A stretch of DNA of 64,000 nt from contig JBGANV010000002.1 of assembly GCA_044222185.1 (NCBI GenBank), forward strand, positions 96,001-160,000, given 5' to 3'. The DNA is from Planctomycetota bacterium. Its GTDB lineage: Bacteria > Planctomycetota > GCA-002687715 > CAIWVZ01. The position numbers were made by a program, and so were the translations under genes. The notes beneath the pieces are model-generated. The model saw only the letters and a program-made list of their open reading frames with translations, was not told the origin of the DNA and ran no database searches. Shown here one piece after another: positions 10,204 through 19,620 of this stretch. Every line of letters begins with the position of its first letter. The first letter of the stretch is position 1.

Positions 10204-11118
10204 ATGCTCCGCAAAGACTGGCACGGTGTGATGCCCGCCATCACCACTCCGTTCTCCTCGGATCTCTCGATCGATCACGCGCTCCTCGCCCGGCACGCGG
10301 CCTGGATGGTCGACCAGGGCTGCACGGGAATCGTCGCACTGGGATCGCTCGGTGAAGGCGGAGCTCTCGACGCCGACGAGAAGTCCGCCGTACTCACGAC
10401 GCTCGTCAGGAGCGTGGGGGCACGTGTCCCCGTGATCGCAGGCGTCGCCGCCGTGGGAACGCTCCACGCCGTGAAGCTCGCGCGCGCGGCGCAGGACGCC
10501 GGTTGTCGCGGGCTCATGGTGCTGCCTCCGTACGTGTACCGCGGAGACTGGCGCGAGATGCGCGCCCACTTCGATGCCGTCATCCGCGCGACGCCGCTCT
10601 CGTGCATGCTCTACAACAATCCGATCGCGTACGGCACCGACGTCACGCCGGACCAGATCGCCGAGCTCGCCTCCGCTCACGCGAATCTCCACGCGGTGAA
10701 GGAATCATCGGCGGACGTACGCCGCGTCACGGCAATCCGGCACCTCGTCTCGGATCGTCTCGCGCTGTTCGTCGGAGTCGACGACCTCATCGTCGAGGGA
10801 ATCGCCGCTGGCGCCGTCGGCTGGATCGCGGGACTCGTCAATGCGTTCCCGAAGGAATCGGTCGACCTGTTCGAACTCGCGCGCTCTGGACGCCACGCCG
10901 ATGCGGACGCGCTCTACCGATGGTTCCTTCCGCTCCTTCGAATGGACACCGTTCCGGCGTTCGTGCACCTCATCAAGCTCGTTCAACAGGAGATGGGGTG
11001 GGGCTCGGAGCGGGTGCGTCCTCCGCGGCTCGCGCTCGAGGGATCCGCGCGCGCGGCAGCCCTGATGGCACTCGCGGACGCAAGAAGTTTGGGACGTCCG
11101 GCACCTTCTCGCCCGTGA
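10204..11118 (+). CDS. lhpC: DHDPS-family protein, Delta1-pyrroline-4-hydroxy-2-carboxylate deaminase
   Basis: GVMPAITTPF, GSLGE, LYNNP, VKESSADVRR, GVDD, GWIAGLVNAFP; operon context. Confidence 0.87.
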   Translation: MLRKDWHGVMPAITTPFSSDLSIDHALLARHAAWMVDQGCTGIVALGSLGEGGALDADEKSAVLTTLVRSVGARVPVIAGVAAVGTLHAVKLARAAQDAGCRGLMVLPPYVYRGDWREMRAHFDAVIRATPLSCMLYNNPIAYGTDVTPDQIAELASAHANLHAVKESSADVRRVTAIRHLVSDRLALFVGVDDLIVEGIAAGAVGWIAGLVNAFPKESVDLFELARSGRHADADALYRWFLPLLRMDTVPAFVHLIKLVQQEMGWGSERVRPPRLALEGSARAAALMALADARSLGRPAPSRP

Positions 11119-11311
11119 GTCGCCGCCAGGCCGCCCACGTAACTCCGACGCAGTCTGAGACAGGAACGACACGCTTTTCCGCGCGACTCCACGTGGAGCA
11201 TCGGCCCGACCATGCACGGACCGACACGGTCCCTGTAAGAAGTACCCGCTGCCGCTCATGAGTCACGCAGCCGTATCACCTCCGCCATGACGCGCGGCCG
11301 CGGAGTCGTGC

Positions 11312-11339
11312 TTGACAACACGCCTCGGGCGACGAGACT
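11312..11339 (+). promoter_or_regulatory. Possible sigma70 promoter for the beta-propeller/cytochrome gene
   Basis: Perfect TTGACA at 11312-11317, but only a weak -10 (GAGACT at 16-nt spacing). Confidence 0.3.
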
Positions 11340-11489
11340 CGCCTTCGCTGCGCGCGATACGGACTCGTGCGCAGCAGTGCTCGCAACGTGAACTCGGAGT
11401 GAGGTTCCCCACCTCCTCGCCGGGTAAGGGCGCCCGTCGGGGCACACACGGCCTCACGGGGTTCCGCTCATCGAGCCGGAGGAATCGTC

Positions 11490-14333
11490 ATGCTCTCGCG
11501 TCCCATGTGCGCTCTTCTCGTCGTCTGGTCTTGGAGCGCGGTTGCCACCGCCGTTCTGGCGCAGGGTCAGGAGTACGAGAACAACACCGGTGTGTTCCTG
11601 AACTTCGAGAGTCCCCAGGTCCACCCGATCGCGATCTCGGCCGACGGAACGCGGCTCTTCGCCGTCGACACGCCTGACGCACGGCTTTCCGTCTTCGACC
11701 TCGCTGCACCTTCCAACCCGGTACTGCTCACGGAAATTCCCGTGGGCATCGAGCCGGTGTCGGTCCGCGTCCGCACGCCCGACGAGATCTGGGTCGTGAA
11801 TCACACGTCCGACAGCGTCAGCGTCGTCTCCCTGTCGCTCGGTTCGGTGACGGACACGATCTTCTGCAAGGACGAACCGTGCGACGTGGTCTTTGCCGGC
11901 AATCCGCAGAGGGCCTACGTCACCGTGGCCGGATCGCGCGAAGTGCGCGTGTTCAACGTCACGACGCACGCATTGGTCGCGACGATCACCATTCCCGGAC
12001 AGCAGCCCCGCTCACTGGCGGCGAGCGCGGATGGACTTCACGTCTATGCCGCCGTCGCCATCTCCGGGAACAAGACGACGGTTCTCCCGGCAGCGATCGC
12101 ACCGGCGCAGCCGCCGTCGAACAACGCGAACGTCGGACCGCCGCCGCAGACGGCTCTGGTCATCGATTCGACGAACCCCGCGTATGCCGCATCGATCCCC
12201 TACACGGTGTCGGATAACGACGTCATCGAGATCGCAACGGCGACGAACACGATCTCCCGCCTGTTCACGGGCGTGGGCACCCTGAATTTCTCCGTCACGG
12301 TGAATCCGGTCTCCGGAGACCTCTTCGTCGCGAACACGGACGCACGCAACACGACGCGTTACGAGACGAACCTTCGCGGCCACGCCGTGGACAACCAGAT
12401 CTCGCGAATCGCGATCACGAACGGCGCCGTCACGAAGTTCGACCTGAACGCGGGGATCAGCTACGCGAATCCGGCGAACCCTGCGGCCAAGGCCAACGCC
12501 CTCGCGCAGCCGACGGATGCGGTGTTCACGCCGAACGGCTCGGCGCTCTACGTGGCCGCGTTCGGGACGGATCGCGTCGCGAAGATCAATCCGGCGACCG
12601 GCGCGGTGCTCAACCGGATCGAGATCGGCAACACGCCCGGAGCAGCGACGGATCCTCGCAACAAGCGGGGGCCGCGCGGACTCGCGATGCATCAAACGGC
12701 CGGCCGTCTCTACGTCATGAACCGCATCTCGAACACGATCTCGGTGATCGTGACCGCGACGGACACGCTGGCGGTCGAGGTCCCCGTGGGATCCTTCGAT
12801 CCGACGCCGCCGGCCATCCGCCAGGGACGCGGCTTCCTCTACGACGCCAAGCTCTCCGGCAACGGGACCATGTCGTGCGCGTCCTGCCACATCGACGCGG
12901 AGTCGGACCACGAGGACTGGGACCTGGGCGATCCCGAGGGTCCAGAGATCGAGATTCCCGACCCGTCGAATACCTACGGACTCATCGCCATCCACCCGAT
13001 GAAGGGACCGATGTTCACCCAGACGCTGCGCGGACTCTCGCAGGGGTCGAACCCACTGCACTGGCGCGGCGACCGCTCCGACTTCAACGCGTTCAACTCG
13101 GCGTTCGTCTCGCTGATGGGCGGAACGCAGCTGTCGGCGGTGGACATGCAGACGTTCACCGACTTCATCATGACGTGTGATTTCGAGGCGAACCCCAACC
13201 TGGCCATCGACCGCTCGCTGCCGGCGACATTGAATGGCGGCAACCCGACACATGGCGCGCAGGTCTTCCAGGTGGACTCGGCGACGACACCGCTCGGCAG
13301 CTGCAACTCGTGCCACCACCTCCCGCTCGGAACCGGAAGCAAGATCGTGAACCACACGGTCCTGAACCAGGCGCAGGGGATGAAGGTCCCGCAGTTGCGG
13401 ACCACGTACCAGAAGAACACGTTCAACAACGCCGCGGGTGCCACGTCACTGTCGGGTTTCGGCTTCGCCCATGACGGCGCGTTCCCGACGGTCGAGTCGT
13501 TCCTCTCGAATCCGACGACGTTCGGCTCGTTGGCGACAGACACGGTCGCGAAGCGCGATCTCGCGGCGTTTCTCATGTGCATCGACACGAACACGCCGCC
13601 GGGCGTGGGCTACAGCCGGACGGTGAAGTCCACGAACGCGACGTCGTCGGTCGTAACGAGCGAGGTGAACCTCCTCTTGTCGCGCGCGAACCTCGGTGAG
13701 ATCGACGTCATCATCAAGGGCCGGCTCGACGGCGTCGCCCACGGGCTGCTCTGGGTGCCGGTGAACGGCGAGTTCCAGAGTGACACCGCAGGTTACGGCC
13801 CATTCTCGTGGTCGCAGCTCGTGTCGAAGGCGCAATCGGGCTCGACTTTCACCGTCCTGGGAGTGCCACCGGACTCGGGTCAGCGCATGGGGATCGACCG
13901 AGACAACGACGCCATCCCCGACGGCAATGAAGAGCCGCCATTCGTCGCCGAGTCGTTCGGGCACGCTTCGCCGCCATGCGTCGGCGACATCCACCTCGGC
14001 ACGAACTCGGAGCCTCTCCTCGGGAACTACGGGTTCGCGTTCACCTGCACGCACCTCACGCCGAATACCGACTCGCTCGTGTTCATCGCTGCCGGTCCTG
14101 GCCTGGAGCCCGGTCCGACGATGTTCGACATCACCGTGTGGATCGACCTGAACAACCTGCTCTTCTACCTGCCGATGCCGGCAGATGACCTGGGGTTCGG
14201 CTACACACCGCTCCCAATCCCCACGGATCCGCAGCTCGAGAACCTCGAGTTCTCGGCGATGGTCGTGACGAGCAGCACCTGTTCGATGCTCGGCGCGTCG
14301 CAGGGCATCCGTGTCGAGCTCGCGGCGCCGTAA
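11490..14333 (+). CDS. Secreted YncE/YVTN beta-propeller fused to a di-heme cytochrome c (bCcP/MauG-like) domain and a C-terminal beta-rich module
   Basis: Signal peptide; repeats like EIPVGIEPVSV and EVPVGSFDP; CASCH (12876-12890) and CNSCH (13302-13316); PLHWRGDR, MKVPQLR and FAHDG motifs; DRDNDAIPDG; GGAGGA RBS. Confidence 0.8.
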   Translation: MLSRPMCALLVVWSWSAVATAVLAQGQEYENNTGVFLNFESPQVHPIAISADGTRLFAVDTPDARLSVFDLAAPSNPVLLTEIPVGIEPVSVRVRTPDEIWVVNHTSDSVSVVSLSLGSVTDTIFCKDEPCDVVFAGNPQRAYVTVAGSREVRVFNVTTHALVATITIPGQQPRSLAASADGLHVYAAVAISGNKTTVLPAAIAPAQPPSNNANVGPPPQTALVIDSTNPAYAASIPYTVSDNDVIEIATATNTISRLFTGVGTLNFSVTVNPVSGDLFVANTDARNTTRYETNLRGHAVDNQISRIAITNGAVTKFDLNAGISYANPANPAAKANALAQPTDAVFTPNGSALYVAAFGTDRVAKINPATGAVLNRIEIGNTPGAATDPRNKRGPRGLAMHQTAGRLYVMNRISNTISVIVTATDTLAVEVPVGSFDPTPPAIRQGRGFLYDAKLSGNGTMSCASCHIDAESDHEDWDLGDPEGPEIEIPDPSNTYGLIAIHPMKGPMFTQTLRGLSQGSNPLHWRGDRSDFNAFNSAFVSLMGGTQLSAVDMQTFTDFIMTCDFEANPNLAIDRSLPATLNGGNPTHGAQVFQVDSATTPLGSCNSCHHLPLGTGSKIVNHTVLNQAQGMKVPQLRTTYQKNTFNNAAGATSLSGFGFAHDGAFPTVESFLSNPTTFGSLATDTVAKRDLAAFLMCIDTNTPPGVGYSRTVKSTNATSSVVTSEVNLLLSRANLGEIDVIIKGRLDGVAHGLLWVPVNGEFQSDTAGYGPFSWSQLVSKAQSGSTFTVLGVPPDSGQRMGIDRDNDAIPDGNEEPPFVAESFGHASPPCVGDIHLGTNSEPLLGNYGFAFTCTHLTPNTDSLVFIAAGPGLEPGPTMFDITVWIDLNNLLFYLPMPADDLGFGYTPLPIPTDPQLENLEFSAMVVTSSTCSMLGASQGIRVELAAP

Positions 14334-14363
14334 CGTTCGTCGGTTCGCCGCGCGCTGCCCGAC

Positions 14364-14438
14364 GCCCGCACGCCGCGCTTCGCACAGCGCCCGCACGCCG
14401 CGCTTCGCACAGCGCCCGCACGCCGCGCTTCGCACAGC
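14364..14438. repeat. Tandem repeat, three exact copies of a 25-bp unit
   Basis: gcccgcacgccgcgcttcgcacagc at 14364-14388, 14389-14413 and 14414-14438. Confidence 0.95.
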
Positions 14439-14440
14439 GG

Positions 14441-14611
14441 CGGAGCGCCGCGCTCCAGCGCGGCCGGATGGCGGGGCTCCGCCCCGCCTCTCGTGGCCAA
14501 CCGTTCCTCGCAGGCTCGTCTGCGGCCAACGTCGATCGCTGACGAAGACACTCGGTTTGCCCGGCAGGGCAGAGCCCTGCCGGTCCGGCCGCGCTGGAGC
14601 GCGGCGCTCCG
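14441..14611. repeat. REP doublet (REPIN-like) bounded by a perfect 28-bp inverted repeat
   Basis: cggagcgccgcgctccagcgcggccgga (14441-14468) and its exact reverse complement (14584-14611). Each arm is GGAG-C-GCCGCGCT-CC-AGCGCGGC. Same family as the elements flanking the RAYT at 27.5-28.75 kb. Confidence 0.9.
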
Positions 14612-14624
14612 AGGTCTCCCTCCT

Positions 14625-15983
14625 CTACAGACCGAAGCGCTTCAGCCGCTTCCAGAGCGTCACGCGGCTGATCCCCAGGAGCCTCGCGGCCTCGATGCGG
14701 CTGCCGCCGCATTTCGCCAGCGCATCCTTGATCCGGGCCACGTCGTCGTCGGTAGTCGGCCCGGTGACGGGCCGAGGCGTCTCCATCAGGTCGCCGCAGA
14801 CTTCGGGCGGTAGATCCTCGAGCCGGATCGTGTCGCCTTCACAAACCACCAGACAATGCTCGATGGCATTGCGGAGTTCGCGCACGTTCCCCGGCCAGTC
14901 GTGATCCATGAACGCGTGCAGCACCTCCGGCGCCACGTGCTTCACGACCTTGCCGTACGTGCGCCCCAGATCGGCGACGAAGCGCTCGACGATCAGCGGA
15001 ATGTCCTCGCGGCGCGCGCGCAGCGGCGGGAGCGCGATCTCGAATACACGGATGCGATAGTAGAAGTCCTCGCGCATGGACCCGTCGGCGACGAGACGCT
15101 TCAGATCGCGGTTCGTCGCGCCCACGATGCGCACGTCGATCTTGCGGGCACGGTCGTCGCCCACGCGCCGGATCTCGCGCTCTTGGAGCGCGCGCAGGAG
15201 TTTCAGCTGGAGAAGTGGGGTCACGTCGCCGATCTCGTCCAGGAAGAGCGTGCCCCCGTCCGCCGCTTCGAAGAACCCGATCTTGTCCTTGTGTGCGTTG
15301 GTGAACGCACCCTTGGTGTGACCGAAGAGCTCGCTCTCGAGCAGGGACTCGGGAATCGCGCCGCAGTTGACCGCGAGGAACGGGCGCTCGCGGCGAGCGC
15401 TCTGGACGTGGATCGCCTGCGCTGCCAGCTCCTTGCCCGTCCCGCTCTCGCCGGTGAACAGCACCGTCACATCCGTCTGCGACGCGAGCTTGATTCGACG
15501 GAAAACGTCCTGCATCAGAAGGCTGCGGCCGACCAGTCCCTCGAACGAGGTGTGCACGCGCGTGTGCTCCTCGAGAAGCGACACCTTCTGCTCGGCGAGC
15601 TCGGTCCGACGGTGCAACGACGCGATGCGACCCGCGACGATCAAGCGCACGCTCAGTTCGTCCGCGTCCAGCGGCTTCGTGAGGAAGTCGTCGGCTCCCG
15701 CTTCGATCCCCATCAGCAGGCTGTCGCGGCTGCGGCTCGCCGTGAGCAGAATGAAGTAGGTGTACGTTTCGCGGTTCGCGGCGCGCACCCGCCGGCACAA
15801 CTCCAATCCATCGACCCGGGGCATGAACCAGTCGCTGACGATCACGTCGATCGGCTGCGCGAGGAACGCCTCCCAGGCGAGCGCGCCGTCGGCGGCGACG
15901 ACGACTTCGTGGCCGCGCTGCGTGAGCGCGATCCGCACGACCTCAGAGGCAAACGGGTCGTCTTCGGCGACGAGAATCTTCAC
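14625..15983 (-). CDS. Sigma54-dependent (NtrC/AtoC-family) response regulator
   Basis: REC domain (ILVAEDD...SDWFMP), [35 protein letters not shown], Fis-type HTH. Confidence 0.93.
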   Translation of the reverse strand: MKILVAEDDPFASEVVRIALTQRGHEVVVAADGALAWEAFLAQPIDVIVSDWFMPRVDGLELCRRVRAANRETYTYFILLTASRSRDSLLMGIEAGADDFLTKPLDADELSVRLIVAGRIASLHRRTELAEQKVSLLEEHTRVHTSFEGLVGRSLLMQDVFRRIKLASQTDVTVLFTGESGTGKELAAQAIHVQSARRERPFLAVNCGAIPESLLESELFGHTKGAFTNAHKDKIGFFEAADGGTLFLDEIGDVTPLLQLKLLRALQEREIRRVGDDRARKIDVRIVGATNRDLKRLVADGSMREDFYYRIRVFEIALPPLRARREDIPLIVERFVADLGRTYGKVVKHVAPEVLHAFMDHDWPGNVRELRNAIEHCLVVCEGDTIRLEDLPPEVCGDLMETPRPVTGPTTDDDVARIKDALAKCGGSRIEAARLLGISRVTLWKRLKRFGL

Positions 15984-18205
15984 GCAACACCACTCATCCT
16001 GCCGCGCAAGGCATCGACGACGCGCGCGAACTCCGCCCGCGCGTCACGTAGGACATCTCCGTCGACGACGCCGTTCTGCGCATCTCGTTCCAATCGCTGA
16101 AGAAGCGCCGTGAGCCGCGTCGCGCCGACATAGGCCGCCGCGCCCTTCACTCGGTGGGCCACTGCTCCCACGTTGGCGATGTCCCCATCGAGCGCCGCGC
16201 GATCGAGTTCGACGACACGCTTGGGCGTGTCGTCGAGGAAGACCTTCAGGAGGCGATCCAGCGTCTCGCGATCGCCGCCCGCCGTTCGACGCAGCCGCTC
16301 GAACGCCGCGTCATCGATGGCGTCCGACATCGCAGTGGACGTGCGCGCGATCCACTCACGAAGCGTCGCGTCCAGATGCTCGAGCGTGACGGGTTTCAGG
16401 AGGAATGCATCCATGCCGGCCTTCCGTGCCCGCTCGGCTTCCGCGGGCATGCCAGCGGCAGTCAACGCGATGATCGGCGTCCGACGACCGTCGGTTTCCC
16501 CACTCCTGATTTTCACCGTCGCGTCGAACCCGTCCATGACGGGCATCTGGCAATCCATGAGGATCGCAGCGTAACGGTTCCGCGAGGCCGCTTCGACGGC
16601 CTCCGCACCGTTGCGAACGAGTTCGGCGTCGAAGCCCAGCGACCCCAACATGGCGGATACGACTTCCTGGTTCACGACGTTGTCCTCGGCGACGAGCAGC
16701 CTGGGACGCGTCGCGAACCGTGCGACGTCCTTCGAGGGACTCGCAGAAAGCGAGACCGGTGCACCGTGGGCGACGTCGATCGGAACCTCGAAGAGAAAGA
16801 GGCTTCCCACTCCGATCTCGCTCTCGACGGTGATCGACCCGCCCATGATCCCGACGAGTTTGCGTGCGATGGCCAGGCCCAGGCCCGTCCCGCCGAACCG
16901 TCGCGTCGTCGATGCGTCGGCCTGGGAGAACGACTCGAAGAGCCGCGGGAGCACGTCCGCCGCGATTCCGATTCCCGTGTCGCGAATCTCGCACCGAAGG
17001 AACGACCGCCCATCCGTGGTCGTGCGGCGCGCGAGAGTCACCTGCACAGATCCCCGCTCGGTGAATTTCAGCGCGTTGCTCAAGAGGTTCAGCAACACCT
17101 GTCGGATCCGGACGGGATCTGCGCGCACAACCGTCGGCCCATCGAATCGAACGGTCGATCGCCAATCGAGCCCCTTCGCGCGGGCAGCCTCGCGGAACAT
17201 CTCGACCGCCTCGCCGACGAGCATGACGACGTCGAAGTCGATCGCTTCCAGCATCATCTTGCCCGATTCGATCTTCGACAGATCGAGCACGTCATTAATG
17301 ATCGCGAGCAGGGCCTGCCCCGAGCTGTTCATGATCTCGACGGACCGGCGCTGCTCCGGAGAGAGAGGCGACCGCAAGAGCAGGCTCCCCATGCCGATCA
17401 CTGCATTCATCGGTGTGCGGATCTCGTGACTCACGTTCGCCAGGAATTCGCTCTTGACGCGACTGGCTTCCTCGGCGCGGTCCCGTGCGGCAGTGAGATC
17501 CTCGTTCGCCCGTCGTAGCTGGGCCGTGCGTTCGGTGACACGGTCCTCGAGTTCGTTGGCTCGCGTCTGCATGGTTTGCTGATTGCGGCCGACGCTCAGA
17601 GCGAGCCAGGTGAACATCACGATGTACAGCGCGATGATCGAGCCGTTGAGCCATGCGATCGTGGTGCGGTCCTGGGCGATGACGCGATCCATCACGCGCG
17701 AGAGGTCCTCGCAGAGTCCCAGGATTTCGGTGAACACCGCGTCGAAGTCCTCGTCGGACTTGCCGCCGGCCGCTCCCGTGGTTGCGCGATGAGCCCACCG
17801 GTCGACGGCGATCTCACGGATCCGCGCCAGCTTGGCGCGGATCGCCGCGAAGCGGGCACGCGTCGGCTTGTGAACGACCGGGTCAAAGGCGCCGATCCGC
17901 GTCGTACCGCCTTCGAGGGCCGCGGCGATCAACGCATCGAGTTCGTCCACGTTCGCGAAGAAGTCGCGATCGACCTAGATCGCCGCATCCCCCGCCACGG
18001 CCTCCTCGAACCAGAGGTGGGCCAGGGAGATGCGCCGCTGGATGAGCTCTCCCAGGCGCGAGAGGGCCGTATGGCGGTCGAACGCCGCCGACACGAACCA
18101 CTCGGATCCGATGACGAGCACCAACGTGACGATTCCCGTCTCGATGATTCCGCGGGCCATGGGGACGCGGCGACGCGGAGGTTTGTCCGGGAGCGTGACG
18201 GCCAT
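15980..18205 (-). pseudogene. Membrane hybrid histidine kinase (TM-sensor-TM-HisKA-HATPase-REC-Hpt) split by a single in-frame TAG at 17975-17977
   Basis: ORFs 17975..18205 and 15980..17950 share one frame and read HLWFEEAVAGDAAI*VDRDFFANVDELDAL. Motifs FLANVSHEIRTPMN, NLLSNALKFT, GGTGLGL, MDCQMP, AHRVKGAA. Confidence 0.75.
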
Positions 18206-18390
18206 GAGGGGTCGTTCAGTATGCGCACGCGACGGCGTCGGCGTGCGCGACTGACTATACAGGGCACCCGACCGGGCCGAATCCGCACCGGGACGAACCG
18301 CTGCCCGCCACGACCTTCAGGCGGCATCACGCTCCGCCCCCGTCGGATGCGCCCGTTGCGCGGCCTTCGGGCGGCCACTACGCTGTCCCC

Positions 18391-19620
18391 GTGAAACCCA
18401 CGTTCGCGCTCATCTTCCTGTGTTGCGGGCTCGCCACCGCGTTCGGCCAGGCGCGAGCGGGCAACCAGGTCGCGTGGTGGGGTGGAACGTGGGACGCGGC
18501 GTTGAAGGAAGCCACCGCCCGCAACGTGCCGCTCCTCGTAGGGTTCGTCCAAGACGGTGAAGAAGCGAACGAGCGGTGCGCCACGGGGCTCTTCGTCGAC
18601 CCCGAGTTCGTGAAGATCACCGAACGCACCGTGCCGATCGTCGTCAACATCTCCGACCACCAGAAGAAGAAGCAGGAGGTGAACGGTCAGGTGCTCGCCG
18701 TGTGCGCGAAGTTCGGCGCCATTCCGTGCGCGGCCCATCGATCGCTGGAGGGCAAGGCGCGCGAAGCGTTGTGCGAGGACGAAGTCAAGACACCTCAGAT
18801 CGTCGCCGCACTGCCTACTGGCGTCGCCGTCGCGCGCATCGTCGACGTGGCAGCGCCAAGCCTCTACAACGACCTCGTCCTGAAGGCACAGCAGAAGCTC
18901 GGCGGTCGTGGCCTCACGGCACTGGAGTTCTCGAATGCACGCCGTCTCGTCAAAGCCGCTCGCGAAGCCCTGGAGAAGGAGGACTTCCCCACGGTCCTGA
19001 AGAGCGTCCGCGAAGCCTCGGACCAGGTGAAGGGTTCACCGTTCGCAAAAGAGCCGGAGGCCGTGATGGCCGAGCTCGAGGCACGCGCGAAGAAGGAACT
19101 CGATGCGGCCCGGAGCACGGCCGAATCCGGAGACGTGCTCTCCGCGTTGCGTGCCCTCACCGCATCGAAGGAGCGCTTCGAGGGTACGTCGACGGCGGGC
19201 GAGATGAAGAAGGAAGAGACCCGGCTCAAGGCGACGAAGGCTGGCGGCGAAGCGTCGCGACTGCTCGCGCGCGAACAGAAGGGCATGCCGGCATTTCTCG
19301 CGGGGCAGGCGGCGGAGAAGCAGAAGGACTTCGTCAAGGCGCGTCGCGAATACCTGAAGACGCAGCAACTCGCGCCGGAGACCCCGATCGCACGGCAGGC
19401 GGCCGAACGCATCGCCGAGCTGGCGAAGGACCCGGACGTGAAGAGCCTCTTCGATCGCGACGAGCGCGACTCGGCGGCGACGACCGCGTTCAAGGACGCA
19501 GAGAAGCTGGCGCGGTCGGGTGACAAGGAGAAGGCGAAGGCGGCGTTCCGCGAGATCACCGAGAAGTTCCCCGGTACGAAGGCCGCGGACGACGCGAAGA
19601 AGAGGCTCGCCGAGCTTTGA
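18391..19620 (+). CDS. Secreted thioredoxin-like fold protein with helical TPR-like C-terminus
   Basis: Signal peptide; WDAALKEATARNVPLLVGF (Trx-like start); Ala/Lys/Glu-rich repeats ending ...EKFPGTKAADDAKKRL. Confidence 0.6.
   Translation: MKPTFALIFLCCGLATAFGQARAGNQVAWWGGTWDAALKEATARNVPLLVGFVQDGEEANERCATGLFVDPEFVKITERTVPIVVNISDHQKKKQEVNGQVLAVCAKFGAIPCAAHRSLEGKAREALCEDEVKTPQIVAALPTGVAVARIVDVAAPSLYNDLVLKAQQKLGGRGLTALEFSNARRLVKAAREALEKEDFPTVLKSVREASDQVKGSPFAKEPEAVMAELEARAKKELDAARSTAESGDVLSALRALTASKERFEGTSTAGEMKKEETRLKATKAGGEASRLLAREQKGMPAFLAGQAAEKQKDFVKARREYLKTQQLAPETPIARQAAERIAELAKDPDVKSLFDRDERDSAATTAFKDAEKLARSGDKEKAKAAFREITEKFPGTKAADDAKKRLAEL

Noticed and set aside
10204-11118. dapA (lysine biosynthesis)
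   Set aside because: GSLGE instead of GTTGE, YNNP and GVDD motifs and the context fit LhpC.
11340-11489. Riboswitch or ncRNA in the long leader of the cytochrome gene
   Set aside because: GC-rich hairpins are possible, but I could not match any known family by eye; needs an Rfam/Infernal scan.
14364-14438. Possible CRISPR array
   Set aside because: Direct tandem copies with no spacers, and no cas genes in the window.
17975-17977. Genome-wide amber recoding or pyrrolysine
   Set aside because: Only one interrupted gene seen; TAG terminates fmt and the 14625 regulator normally; no pyl genes in the window.
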